A stretch of 63,523 nucleotides of DNA, the filler included, from Cercozoa sp. M6MM (lineage: Eukaryota; Protista; Endomyxa: Ascetosporea), in NCBI GenBank assembly GCA_040357565.1. It is 11 parts of 11 records of this genome, joined end to end, with 100 filler letters (N's around TTAATTAATTAA, not from the genome) between each part and the next. Parts side by side here need not be neighbours in the genome. Positions count along the whole stretch, not along the records: positions 35,249 to 40,634 come from JBDODJ010000921.1; positions 40,735 to 59,801 come from JBDODJ010000219.1; 9 more parts are not named here. One strand, written 5' to 3'. This document shows positions 39,675-52,737 of the stretch, piece after piece. The first letter of the stretch is position 1, and every line of letters begins with the position of its first letter. Position numbers and translations under genes: made by a program. The notes below the pieces were generated by a model that was given only the letters and a program-made list of their open reading frames with translations, had not been told where the DNA came from and made no database searches.

Positions 39675-40575
39675 TACTCCGGACTGGTCCAAAGGGCAAC
39701 TACCGAGATCGTCGACAACGCCGCGATCAAAGTCGGCCAGGTCCAGTTTCGAATAGTCCCACAGCGCGTCGCTCTCCAGTCGTTCGCGCAGGTAGGCCTG
39801 CCACCCGGAAGGGGGGTAAAGAGAGGGCTGGGGGGGGGGGGAGGGTAAAGGGAGCTGCACTGATACCTGTACCCGTGCCTCACCGGCGAAGACAGCGCCA
39901 GTATCATCACCGTCGGTGTTATCATCCTCACTCACTTCACCGTCATCGAGATCATCCGACAAACCGTTATCGAGATCAACCGACAAACCGTCATCGAGAT
40001 CATCGCCGAAACCGTCAGTGTCGCCGTCGAAGAAGGCGTCGTCCTCCTGCTTGAGCCAGTCGTCCGTCGCGTCGTTCGAATCGGCCGCGTCGGCGCTCTC
40101 GCTGGCGAAACGCTGCACACGTACATTCGGACGGTCCACTCGTACGATCCACTCGGACAGTCCACTCGGACAGTCCACTCGTACGGTCCACTCGGACCAG
40201 AAAGCACACATACCTCCTCCTGCAGCAGGTCCTGCAGCTGCTGCTCCCGGTGTCGCCGCAGTCGCTGCTGCAGCTCCTGCAGCGTCTCCACCACGTGCGC
40301 CAGCTCCTCGTCCTGCCCGCCAGGGGGGTAAACAGGGGGGTAAACAGGGGAGAAACGGGGAGGGGGGGTAAAGACTACCACATCCTCGCCCTCCGTGTCA
40401 TCGTCGCTCGAGTCCGCGTCAAATGTGCTGTTCTCTTCGGTTCCTTCCGCGGGGACATCCGCGCGGACGTCGAAGGGGTCCTCGTCGGCGCCGACCGGCA
40501 CGCGGCGGAAGGAGTCGTCCGACCGCGGCAGCGACTGCCGCAGCGACGTGTCCAGCAACTCACGCAGCTTGCTCT
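38650..40575 (-). CDS. 3' part of a hypothetical coiled-coil/acidic protein
   Basis: Exons such as [33 protein letters not shown], acidic 24-bp repeats, ending [24 protein letters not shown]. Confidence 0.6.
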
Positions 40576-40734
40576 GGGGGGTAAAGTGGGGGTAAAGAGG
40601 GGGGTAAAAAGGGGGGTAAAGAGGGGGGTAAAGANNNNNNNNNNNNNNNNNNNNNNNNNNNNNNNNNNNNNNNNNNNNTTAATTAATTAANNNNNNNNNN
40701 NNNNNNNNNNNNNNNNNNNNNNNNNNNNNNNNNN

Positions 40735-40778
<44 letters not shown>

Positions 40779-41069
40779 CGAGCGTTCGTTACTGGCGCCT
40801 GCCTCTGCCGTGCCAGTGGAGCTTTGCCGTCAAGTTCGAGCCCTCGGAGTCAGAATTCTTCAGTGCTCTAATACAAAGAAAGAGCTGAGCTCGAGCGACC
40901 CCAGACCAGGTTGTGCTCAGGTCTCATGCGAGAGCTTCTTTGGTCTTCACCTGCTAACGTATACGGTCCCTACGCCGAGAGGGTGCCAATGGATTGTCCA
41001 AAACACTAAAACCGGGCTTAAAGCCGGCTTTATTTTTCCTATTTTTCGTTTGGCATTCTGACCCGGCTG

Positions 41070-41486
41070 CGTAAATTACTCAAATAGCTCCAAAATTACT
41101 CACCTCACGTAAATTACTCAAGCCCACGGACCAAAAAATAGTTTTCTCGAAGTTTGTGCTAACTTAGAGCATTTCAGCATGCCCAAAGGGCTGTAAATCT
41201 ACTAAGTACGCTCTCTGTCCGTCCACAGTGCATTTAATGCAACTAAAATCTTGAGTAATCAGCGTAAATTACCCCTTTGGTTTTCTCGAGGGTGGGGTTT
41301 TTCGAGGCAAAACCGAACACCCAACGCAAAGACACTGCCCTCAAACTGCTTTTATTAGATGCTAATCAGGTCCTCGTTCTGGGGTTTTAGGCCTTCCGGG
41401 GCCTGATAACTTATAAGACGAGAAAAGCCCTCTCATTTGTGTTCAATGGCATTTTTATAGATTCTGATGCTGCCTCGAAAACCCCC
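41070..41486. repeat. Clustered CGTAAATTAC(TCA) motifs plus a ~16-bp inverted repeat
   Basis: Motif or part at 41070, 41093, 41108 and 41263, and reverse at 41251. GGGGTTTTTCGAGGCA (41294) pairs with TGCCTCGAAAACCCCC (41471). Confidence 0.7.
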
Positions 41487-42172
41487 GCCAGACCCCAAAA
41501 ATTGCAACTGCGCGATGCATGCAAGCGCCTTTTTAGTAGTCGATCAGTCGATCGGGATGGCGGCAGTGCTAGCAGCGTAGAGAATGAGGTTGGCGCGCGG
41601 TTCCCGATGCCTCTCGCGCACGTTGAGCGGGTTCGCACTGTCCATTGAGGCCTCCAGGTAACTGCGCACAACTCAAGAAGATGCAAGGCGGGTGGATTAC
41701 GGAAGTCAAAGCTTACTCGGCCTGTCGCTCGAGCTTTTCGAGTTTCATCGACAGCTTCGACAGCTTTCGTCGCACTTGCGCATCTAAACAAGGATTCAAT
41801 GCACAGTTAGCGTTTAAACTTGCTGGAAAGACACAAAGGAATACCGAAATCGTCGAGAAAGGTCGCCAGGCGGAAGATCGAGTGACTTGCCGACGTGAGG
41901 AAATCGCGATCATGCCAATCGCTCACAATCTCGGCGTTTTGCATTTTTCCAGCTATTAAGCAGGTTCTGACGCGTGTATTACTATTCGACAGATCCTGAG
42001 GCACGACTAGAGTCCTGTAAACACAACTTTTGGGTGGGCAGAAATCGTCCAATCCGACCGTACAAGCTGTCCCAGCATCAATAAGGAAAATCTGTCTGGG
42101 TGCCACGGGTGTCCTGACAGTGCCGAGAGTGTCAATTTGAACACCTTACACACGCCAGCACAGTCCCGGACC

Positions 42173-42718
42173 ATGAGCACGGGCGAGTAGTACGTTGGCG
42201 TTTTTGGCTTTTTTCTTTTTGTTTTGTTTTTGATGGTGTTGTTCTGTGCCTCAGCGTGGATAAGGAGGAGCAGCTGGGCAACGGCCCGCTTTCCGTTCTC
42301 GATGACGCTGTCAAGAAGAGGTAGCTTCAGGACCCGGTTCAGCGGATTAAATATGTTTGACCAATTAACAAACTGTCCCGCAGATCGCAGGTGCTGATCT
42401 CGTGCCGCAACAACAAGCAGCTGCTCGGTCGTGTCAAGGCATTCGACAGACACTTTGTAGCCTCATGCTTTGACTTTCACTTTCCGGGCTTGGTATTTTG
42501 GCTGTTGCTGTCAGAACATGGTGCTCGAGAACGTTACGGAGATGTGGACGGAGCAGCCGCGTAAGGGCAAGGGTCAGAAGGTACGTCGTGTGTTTGTGTA
42601 CAAATGTTCGATATCGTTGGTGTGTGAGCAGAAGGCGCGTTCCGTTGAGAAGGAACGCTTCATCCCCAAGATGTTCCTCCGCGGTGACTCCGTCATCCTC
42701 GTGATCAAGAACCCGTAA
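42173..42718 (+). CDS. SNRPD2: Small nuclear ribonucleoprotein Sm D2
   Basis: [46 protein letters not shown]...[20 protein letters not shown]. Confidence 0.98.
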
Positions 42719-43020
42719 AAACTTGACGTGCACTATCCGATTAAACTTGACTGTCAGCACGTCGCGGTCGGGTGTGACAATATCGTAACTAGCTCTCTGA
42801 AACGTAAATTAGACAAGCTTAGCGTGCTCCGTGGCTGTACGGTAAATTACAGCAACGCGCAAAATGGAACTTTCGGAACGCTGACCAGCAAAACCTGCGC
42901 TGACCCGACTGAACTTGAACGCGAAACTGTCAGCACAGCGTGTTTCGTCGTTTTCGCTCGAGTTTACGTTGGGTTTGGGTTCAATCTGGACGAATCTGAC
43001 ACAGTGAAGACGCGAACTGG

Positions 43021-45149
43021 CTACTTGGATTTCTTGAGCTTCTCGGCCTCAAGTTCTCTCACTACACGCAAAGCACGAATGACTCCGAACACCGCAACCT
43101 GCCATTTGACATATAACAGAAGTTACACGCAGCAGAATTGACGCTGGCTTGCAGTTGTCGCTGTTTGAGTGCTTTCACGGCAATTCCGAGTGAGACGGAC
43201 AGCAGGAAAAGAACCAAACCGGCGGCATGCCTGATGACCACATCCGCGCGTATCGGGAAAACGCGTATCGCGAAGATACAAGAGGAAACTTCAATGTACC
43301 ACTTGGTGACAGGCTTCTTGTAGAACAAAAGCGAAAAAGCAATGCTTAGCAGTTTCCTCGCCGACTTGAGCGCCTCTAATTTCCCAGGTGGCATCGATCG
43401 GGTCAAAAAGCACAAGAAACGCAACGGGCGAAATACCGGCATTGGCGGCGCCGAATCGCTTGATCACGAGCATCGTGGCTCCGATGCCGGCATAGCCGAG
43501 AACCGCAGCTCCGCAGGCACGGAACACGACCTACAAACAGTCCACCAGATCAGCCGAAAGCTCACACTGACTAGAGTGCAGACAAATACGAAAAAAGAAA
43601 AGCAGCGCACCTCGGGATGAGCGATGGAATGTTCCACGGCCGGCAAAAGTTCGCCTCGCCACAGCAGCAGCGGCAGAGACAAGCAAGCGCCAAACAGGTA
43701 GCTCCAGAGCATGACTTCGCCATGATGACACTATTGACATTCTTGCATGTGAAAAGACACAGTGCACAGGGAAGGACGAGTAACACCTTGTGCTTGCGGA
43801 AAAAGTGGCGTTCTTCAATGTTGGCGAGTAGGGCGTCTCCCAGCAAACCGCCCAGCAGCAGCAGCAGCCCTGTTTTTCCAAACACAAAAGTTAGCAAAAC
43901 CAAGTCAGTTAAAGGTGCGAGAAAGAAAAACGAAAGCACCAACAAGCGAGAACGAAGGCGAGGCACGCATGTCACCGATCGCAAAGGCCAGCACACCTGT
44001 CGACACATACACATGCGTGTAAACATGCATCAACAAGCTTCCCTTCAACAGAACCAAAAAACAATACCAAAAGCAAGCACGACAAAATTGATGTACTCCA
44101 GCGGCATGTATCTACGGGCGGGGGGGGGGGAGGATTAAGGGGAAAAGAGGTTAATAAAGGTAGGGGTAAAGAACGTACCGCCTGCCAACGAAGAGCACGT
44201 TGATCGCCATTGTCGGCAGTAGCTTTGCCGACTTGAAGATCAATCTACAGAGGGGGGGGGGGCAAAAAGAGTGTAAGGGGGGGGAATAAAGGGGGTAGGG
44301 AATAAAGAGGTAGGGAATAACGGGGCAGGGAATAAAGTGGGTGAAGGGGGATAGGGGTATAGGGGGTAAAATACCGAGTGGCGTAATTGACATAATTGAG
44401 CGCGAGATTTGTGCTTTCCATCGATGCCATCGCCAGCAACGACAACAGTGCGTAGTCCGTTTTCGAAGCACGTCGGTCCACGTGTCCGTCCATTCTGGCC
44501 TGTCCAATAGCCACAGTACCTGTCAGTCCACTCAAGCCTGTCCGCGTGTGAGTGTCTACCTCGACAAAGGCGCACGCAGCGAACGAAATCGCCGTCAGAA
44601 ACGACATCCAGCCCGGGAAACGGAAACCTACGTAGGTAAAGGGGTTAGGTAGAGAGTGGATTGGGGGGGGGGGGGTAAAGGAGTTAAACAAACCCTCGAC
44701 TTTGGTAACGCTCTCTTGCAACGCCGCGAACATGAAACCGCACACCAGAACGGCGCCTCCGAGTACACTGAAGAGATCGAAGGAAAGAATCAGGGGAAGA
44801 TACGCCAGGTAGAAAGGGTAGGAACAAAGGGGAAGGGTAGAGAGTACGGGGGTACAGAGGAAGTGAGTAAAGAGTAAGGGAGTAAGGGGTAAAGAGTAAG
44901 GGGTAAAGAGTAAGGGGTAAAGGGGTAAGCGGGGGGGGGGGTAAGATACGCCAGTTTCGCCACATCTGGCAGAGCGTCGATGTCAACTCCGACGAATGTG
45001 TGTTTCTTCTCGGCCGTTGTTTCGGGTTTCGTCTCGACTGTGGTCATCACGTTGTTGTCCGACGACTTCTCAGTCGACTCCACTTGACGCTGATGACGCT
45101 GACGGTGCGATAGACCACTTGGCATGTGCGAGTCGCCCACGTCAACCAT
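43021..45149 (-). CDS. SLC35B-family nucleotide-sugar/PAPS transporter (SLC35B3-like)
   Basis: LQESV, TNLALNYVNY.T.LIFKSAKLLPTMAI, DALLANIEE, LVIKRFGA, KSARKLLSIAFS; multiple hydrophobic segments. Confidence 0.88.
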
Positions 45150-45271
45150 TTTCCTTGGTTCCACCTCAACTATATGCGCTCAGATGTCCGCCAAACAGCT
45201 TAAAACTGTGTTCACACACGCGTGATCTGTTATTGCGCACCCGAGACGCCCGGTTATACTCGTTTGGTTTA

Positions 45272-46990
45272 TTAAAAAATCAATTGTAGCCAATCCGGTT
45301 TTCGCAGTCGGCCCTTCGCGCTTTTGACATGAGTTGCAGCGTGCTGCAGTATTTTATATTGGTTTGTTGGACTAGCAGGACGATCGATAGACTCAATGAC
45401 CGGCTCACTTGGCTGGGAGGCAAGCATGACTCGACTGCCCCCTGTGAGCATGACTCGACTCACGCCTTTAAGCGTTGGCGATAGAGCCGTTGTGCGAACT
45501 GAGCGACGAAGTTGTGGATGAGGTCGACATTCCGCGATCGCGCTCGTCGGTATCCCTGTGCGATCGAGCGGATACATTATAGAGGTCAAGCTGGCCAATC
45601 TGACTGATGGGAGAGTAGTCAGAGCGTACTCAGCATGCTTCTTGCGCTGCCAGAACCAGCGCCGTTTCGAGCCTCCGTCCGATTCGGCTTTCTGCAAGGA
45701 CTGCGAGCGCATCAACTCGGCGTCAGCTTCCTTGCGCAACGCTTCTCGCTGCGCAACGGTTGAGCAACCATTAAGCAAAAAGGGAGTCGGGTCAAAGTCG
45801 GAGAAACCCTTTCATCGAGCCAAACTTGATACTCGGGCGAGTTCTGGAACTTTGGAATCGAGTCCGTCTCCAGCAGCTCCGTGATCTCGCGAGCTGCCGA
45901 TCGGAACATGCGTGCCTGTACCTTTTGCCGTTTCACACGGCGTTGCAGTTTGTGCTGCCGATAAAAAAACTTCAGTTGTTCAGAAAAAAAGAACTCTCTG
46001 AGTAAGAACAAACCATGGTTTCGGCTGAAAGATTGATACGTCTCGGCGCATCGTCGTGCAAGAAAGAGTAGTAAATCTGCGTTGCCTCACGACGAATACG
46101 CATCTACAATCAGAATACACAGGAGATATGAGTGTTTGTGTGTCGTTTTTGTGTTGGCAAATTTACCTCATCGCGTGTGAATTCACACAGTCGGTCGTAG
46201 TTCTGCAGCGCCAGAAGAAAGTCCACGTTCTCTGCCCAGGCAAACAGGTTGCATACTTTGTTGATGTCGAAATTAAAACAAGCAAACGCACCGCTGCAAA
46301 GCATGCGCTTTAAGAACAACTGAAAGCACTGAAAAAGCGCTTTGTTCTCTCTGATGTCGGCACTGCAACCAAGGCACAAAGTCAAAGGGCACAAAGTCAA
46401 AGGGCACAAAGTCAAAGGAACCAGAATGTCAAGTAAAAAGCCAAGAGATTAAAAGGATACAGTGTCATGTGGCTCGTGCGGCTGGCATCTTCGCTAGCGC
46501 CTGCCTCCGCCGTCTCTCTGACGGACGGTACTCCCTGTCGCACATTAGTCAGAAAAGGTAAGTGTGGCGTGAATTAAAAAAGTCGGTGGGTAAAAAAGGA
46601 AAAACAGTGAAAAATAATGGGTTCAGCAAGACAACAAACGAGATGATATTAACACGACATACCGGCTCACTGTGGTTCGAGTTTTCAGTCATATGCGTGC
46701 GCTGGCAGCTGTGGCTCTCGTGGCGCGAAAAAACAAAATATTGCTCGCAGCGAACCAAGTTGGTCACAGTCGGCTGTTTTCTTTCCGGTTGAGGCCCGGC
46801 CAGCAGCAGTACAAAACACTTACAGTGACAACAAGTGTATAACTCGTATCCCGCACTCGTGCGTCTGGCGTTTGTTGCACGTGTGGCCTTCTTGATGGGA
46901 CGCCACTGACGGTTTCTGCCAGCCACTGGCGTAGGTTAAGGGCTCGTAGCTCAATATTCACATTGATCGAAACGGATAAGTAGTGATACC
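45272..46990 (-). CDS. RGS-domain protein (start uncertain)
   Basis: FQLFLK...AENVDFLLAL, IYYSFL..DAPRRINLS, MFRSAAREITELLETDSIPKFQNS..Y. Confidence 0.88.
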
Positions 46991-47190
46991 ATAGACGCGG
47001 ATCATCGATTGATCATCTCTTTTTCGGTGCGACCACCTCCCTTAAATTTGTCGGTTCGACAGTGGACACGAGATCGGTGATCAGGCACAGTGCTGGCACG
47101 TGTTAACACTTCGTTTAGTGTATTCGTGTGCCGCCGGGCTCAACGGCACACCCCAACGCTCTTTGTTTTGGATCCTGTTTCGCTGCTGTG

Positions 47191-50119
47191 ATGGACTTTT
47201 CATTTCCCACGGGTGGGAATGATATCAGTTTCTCCGCTGACAACGAAGCCGTACCCTATGTTTCTCGTGTTTCCTGCGCGGTCGGTCGGTCAACTGAATT
47301 TTTCTTTTTTAAACCTGTGCAGGCAGCCGAGCTGTTTTCTTCCATCGAGCCTGAGGGGTACAAGCCACATGTCGTGCACTCAATGACAGTTGACACTCTT
47401 TCGTACTGCCTGGTGCTGCTGTTGAAAGGAAAACATTGCAATCATGTGCAGTGAGTCGAACGAAGCTGATGATTCGTATTTTGGGCTTGGAGGCATCGCG
47501 CCTTCGCCTGCGGAATTTCAGAAGCCGCGGTACTTTTTATTTGTTCGCTAGTTTCCTTGAAGACTTTCGTAACCGTGAATAATCAGAAGACCACTCTTGA
47601 CGGCTCAAGAAGATTTCGGAGCGACAGCTTCTGCTTTGCAAACGCCTTCTGCGTATCGTTTTGTTTTTTTTTTGTGTTTCGGTGTTGCCTTTGACGCTGT
47701 TTGCTGATTGCAGGCCGAACAAAGCTTTAGCGCAAACACCGTGGACGGCGACCAATGACTCTCTTCTTTTGAGGTGATACCCAGAGATTTTTCTTCGATT
47801 CTTTCGTTTTTTACGGTGCATAAAACTTGCGCAGAACGCTGCCGACGGATGTGGACCGTTCGATTGGAGCGTATTTCCGTGCGAAAAGCGGACCCTTGGT
47901 GGAGCCGCGCTTCTTCACGTCGCCAAACAACACCACCACACAAGTTGAAACCGAAACCAGTCAAAGCGAAATAGTTGATGAGGACGCTAGCACTCCAGAT
48001 GAGGTGCCTCGTGTCGCCGAAACTGTTTCTGCAGACAATGAAAGTTTGGGTACTGTTGCATTTTTCGCTCTTTGGAACCATGCGTTTTAGGTGTTGATGC
48101 AACAGGAATGCTCCAAGCTTTCTCTCCGACACCGTCGCTCTTGTCGCAATTTCGTTCCTTGCCTACCACGGTACTTTCGCAATCAGGGTCTGTTGCATGA
48201 TCATTTTTTAATCGTACCTTGCTGGTAGGCACATGCAACACCGGTGAAACCGAAACGAAATCGACTACGAAGTGTAGTGCAAACGCCTTCGGTTCAACTC
48301 TTGCAAACAGACCCGCCGGTGCAAGCTTCAAGTGAGTCTTGTCCATGTTTGCAGTTTTCTTTGTTAAATGCAGCATTGTTTTTGTAGATGCCTCAATCGC
48401 AACCACAAACAAAGAAAACAAGAACGATGAGAGCGTAAAAAGCAAGTCGAATTTCGCTTCTGCCGAATCGTTGTTGTCACCATCACAACTTTTGTCCATT
48501 CCATCGGTACCTACTTTCTTGTGTGTTCAACTTAGATCACAGATTATTGTGTACCATCAGGCGGATTTCATGACGAGCATCTTGGGCGAAGAATTGGCAC
48601 GTGACATTGCGCAAATCACCGACAGTATTGTCGGTCCGAGTCCAGACCAACCGACAGATCGAAAGACTTCGCAAAACGAAAGCGACAGTCGATTGCTCGA
48701 GGAACTCATCTCGCAGTCGCCACTGACCTACCTGTCGCCTGCCGAGGCCGAACAACTCAGCCAAACCGATGCTGCTTCCACCCAGCAGTCACAGACAACT
48801 CAACATTCTGAACACTTGCGAGAGGAGAGTCCACGCCAAGTCAAAACACCTCACCAGACTGTGCAACAAGAGAGTTCGGCAACAACTACAAAAAAGCAAA
48901 ACAATACACACGAGACACCTGCGAAAGTGTTGTCGCCGAAACGTGTCGCCTTCTCACCTTTCGTCGATATCGTTCCTCCCTCGGAATCACAGTCACAAAC
49001 GTCCTCGCAGTCACCATCGTACACAACACGGTTGCAGTCACACACAGCACCACAAACTCGGTTACAACAGTCAGAATATCAACAGTCACACTCACACATG
49101 CCGTCGCACTCACAGTCATATATGCCATCGCACTCACAGTCACACATGCCGTCGCACTCACAGTCATGCATGGAGTACACGCAGACGCCGGTACGTGTGT
49201 CTGAACTGGCAAACACGCATGACAGGAAGCACAGCGCTGGCAGCAAGGACAAGCGGCTGGTTCACATGACACCGATGCCGCCAGACACGCCGCTGCGACG
49301 CATGCGACACGCCGCGGCGCCTGTGCGAGTCAGCGCGTCTTCTGGCGACCTGCAGCGACCGGATCCTCGATTCACTCGCGCTGGTATGCTCTGTGAGAAT
49401 TGTCTCTTGATTGAAAATGCAGAATGTGTGAGTGCAGGTTCGAGAAAACGCACGCAGACACGAATCTCGCTCGATCACACTTTGCACACGACTTCATTCG
49501 ATTCTGACGGTATATTTCGATTGTTGCTCATGCCGTTGTAAGAGATGCTGGTGCGGTATTGCAGTGCCCGTGACAGTGCGAGAAACGAACGACGTGCGGA
49601 AAGTGCACCGTTTCGCGAGACTCAAAATCAGTCGGCGCAGGTTCGCGGAGATCGATAATCAAGTCGCCGGTGGCATCGGCGTTTCAAATTGCTCTCTGGG
49701 CGTGCCCATTGTTGGCGACTTTGACGACAGAAAGGACCGGTGTGTACAGCAACTCGCACTCGCTTTGCGCGACTACATTCGCTCCAATGACAACGGTTTC
49801 CGCCCTCTGTTTTCCTTGTGTGCACTAAGGTGTACATTTAAACTGAGTATCTTCACAGGTCCAATGCTGCACTCGCTGCGACTGGACGAAGCCGAGCTTT
49901 CCGAAGACTCCTTCTGGTGCACCTTCATGACAGTGTACCACCTATCGTCCGTGCAGCACGATCTCGTGCAGCAAGCCTGGGCAGCCCAGCTCTTTGTACG
50001 CTTACTCTCTGCCCTTTTCGTGTCAGTTATATCCTGTGACACAGACACTGCTGAGATCGCGCTTCCTGTGCGAGATGCCGCACTTTCTCGTTCTGCAACC
50101 GCCGCTTGCCGCAGATTAA
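47191..50119 (+). CDS. Hypothetical protein with a long S/Q/T-rich disordered region
   Basis: Chain of GT-AG-bounded exons including most of ORF 48339..49541 (SHSQSHMP repeats), ending ...QPPLAAD*. Could be more than one gene. Confidence 0.5.
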
Positions 50120-50313
50120 GTACAGTGCGCTTTCTTTTAGCCGCCTAAAGGCCGAAATAACGTCACCGATAGCATATTTCGCTCAAACTAGCTGATAGAC
50201 TCCCTGATGCCATAAAATAATCAACCAAACTTGGTCAAGCCACTGCAAATAGCGTGAAGATAGCAAGCGCACAATAGTGCACTCGTGTCAGTCGGTGCCG
50301 TTTTGTGCTAATT

Positions 50314-51207
50314 ATGAGTTCAAATGGTACTGAAGCTCACTGATTAAATTTCGTGACCCATGTTGCTTTATTTTGTTTCACGAACGTGTTGCTTCAGAAC
50401 GCGAGCTCCTGCTGCGTGCGCTGACGGCGCTGAAACAAGTGCAGCTGAGACGCAACAGTGAGCTCAACTTGCTTGCTGACATGGAACGGAGGTATATTCT
50501 GTTCTGCTTGGCTTGCATGTGTCGATGCACGCGGGTGTTCACATTCACAGGCAAAGCGAGCAGTTCGCCAAGCTCGACGCTCTGTGCACTCGGTTCGATC
50601 GTTTGGTACACTTTCGTTCTTACGTTTCCTGCGTGCTTTAACTCCTGTGTGCACAGTCGAAGCTGCACGCGAAAGCAAAGGAAGCGGCTCTTGTCACTGC
50701 CAAAGAGAGCGGGAACACGTTGAATCCGACCCAAGAGAGCGCTCACGAGAGCAACGAAGTTGAGGAGCAACCCGAGCCAACTCCGAGACCAGAAGCAACC
50801 AACACTGAACCAAGTGGGTTGTCATCGCATGTCACCCCTGTTTCCACAGACACTGCGACGCTGCAACGTGCGCACAACGAGCTCAAGCAACAGCACGAGC
50901 AACTACAAGAGGTATCTTCTGATTTGTTGAAGTTTGAGCTTCATTTTGACATTGAGTTGAGCAGAGGAGCCAACGTTTGGAGCATCGATGTCGAGAACTC
51001 CGTGGCAACGCCAAGCACAAGCTCGAGCAGCTGAAGCAACTCCGCGTTCAACTGGCGACCGCACAGCACCGCGCAACGCTCGAAAGCGCTCGCGCGCAGC
51101 AAGCTGAGAGTCGAGCAAGGCTTGCTGAAGCCATGCTGGCGGCCAACACTCGCGACTCCTCGGATGACGATCTCGACCAGACCCTGCCCATAGTAGAGCG
51201 TTCTTGA
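50314..51207 (+). CDS. Hypothetical coiled-coil protein
   Basis: Exons RELLLRALTALKQVQ, LQRAHNELKQQHEQLQE and KLEQLKQLRVQL, ending DQTLPIVERS*. Confidence 0.55.
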
Positions 51208-51339
51208 CGTTACGTTGCTGAGCGTAGCAGTTCCTCGATCTCGTACAACTTGTCAAGTCACATAATGTACAGTCCGTCGCCGCACTGTATCGTATCCGTT
51301 TCTCCAACAATTACATTGCGGACTCAAACGGAGAATTTC

Positions 51340-52592
51340 TCAGTCAAAAAAGCCGCCATGTGCAAGCAGACTAACTGCAGGGAAAGCAAGCAGCAAACCG
51401 TCTACTCGATCCAAAAGACCTCCCCAACCAGGCAACCACGCGGCAGCGTCTTTTTTGGCCGCCGATCGTTTCACTAGAGACTCTGTAGGCAAAGGAAACA
51501 TTGCGCAAGCTTTTGTGGGAGAAAGAATGAAATGACGCACCAAAAAGATCACCGGTCAGACCGAGAATTCCGCAAAGAAGGCCAAACAATAGAGTGCGCG
51601 AAAGGGAGATCTCGAGAGCCCAGGCAGGTGAGGTCACGAGCAGTTGGTAGGCCAATGCGCCCAACACAGCAGCCACGACGTGTCCTATTAAAGCACAGTG
51701 AGTGTCACTTTAACTCGTCTCACTCACTGTGTACCAATGAAGCCAGCGAGTGTTTTGTTCGGTGACAGTGCAGGCACCGGCTTGCGTCCATTCCTACCGC
51801 ACAGATGTACTTAAAAGGTGGCTACAAGTCGAAACGAGACCACGGCGGTACCTGCCGAACAGCATGCCGCCGACCAGGCCGCCATTGTCACCGAAAACAG
51901 TTGTGCTCACGATGCACAAATACACGAGCGACAGGCCTTTTTGATTCTCCTGTGCTAACGATGACAAAACTGTGCTGTTAAAGCGAAGAATGAGTGGCTA
52001 CCGACGTCTGCATAAGAGTATAGGCCGTTGCGATCGATCCTGAATCATTTATGTACTTTTTGGTAGTTTGTATAGACTGCGAAAATACGGAAAATTTACC
52101 GATTGAGGCACCGACATAGATGAGAACAAACAGCTGTGACAATGTCACGAGCAAAATCTCGGCGCCGTTGGTTTCTACAGTCAGAACACCAGTGATTCGA
52201 ATGGAAAACACCGAGAAAAAACGGTACTAAAAGAGTCTTCAGCGCGGAGTGCATGCCTCCACGTCAGTGACACTATGGCCGCGATCAGACACGTGGCCAG
52301 TGACCACTGTAGCCACGTGTGACCACCATGAAAAGACAATACTGCGATCGCTGAGCACATGCCGCAGAGCACTGTGTCAAACACAGTGTCGACCGCGCTC
52401 GTTTTGACATTTTTCACGGCCGCGCGGACGGTGCCCAGGAACTCGCGAGCACACACAAACGCACCGAGAGCCCCAAGCAACACCAAAGTCGACGTAGACA
52501 CCACCAAAAGCACGTGCACAATCACCACGAACGGAATGCCCGTGCGCAGGCGTCGCAGCACCTATGGACGCTTAATAGTAGCCAACATTCAT
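51340..52592 (-). CDS. Phosphatidate cytidylyltransferase (CdsA-type)
   Basis: DNGGLVGG.LFG, LSPNKTLAGFIG, GDL.ESLVKR....KD....LPGWGGLLDRVD signature; hydrophobic N-terminus. Confidence 0.92.
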
Positions 52593-52737
52593 GTTTTGTT
52601 TGATTGTTTTTTATTCAGCGCACCTGCTCGCGTCTACCCATGTGTTGCCAACCAAAACTCAGTGTGCACACACGCACACAATTCAGAGCTTCTAGTTACG
52701 GTAAGCTACTCACAAGTTGACAAAATCGTTGATAAAA

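Noticed and set aside
40825-40850. GTTCGAGCCC as a tRNA T-loop
   Set aside because: No acceptor, D or anticodon stems could be folded around it.
46371-46418. Short tandem repeats (15-bp x3 here; 21-bp coding repeat near 17908; 24-bp near 49085) as CRISPR-like arrays
   Set aside because: Head-to-tail repeats without unique spacers, in eukaryotic introns or exons.
49755-49790. ALRDYIRS resembling the SLX4 C-terminal domain
   Set aside because: Only a short remembered similarity; the downstream conserved residues are not evident.
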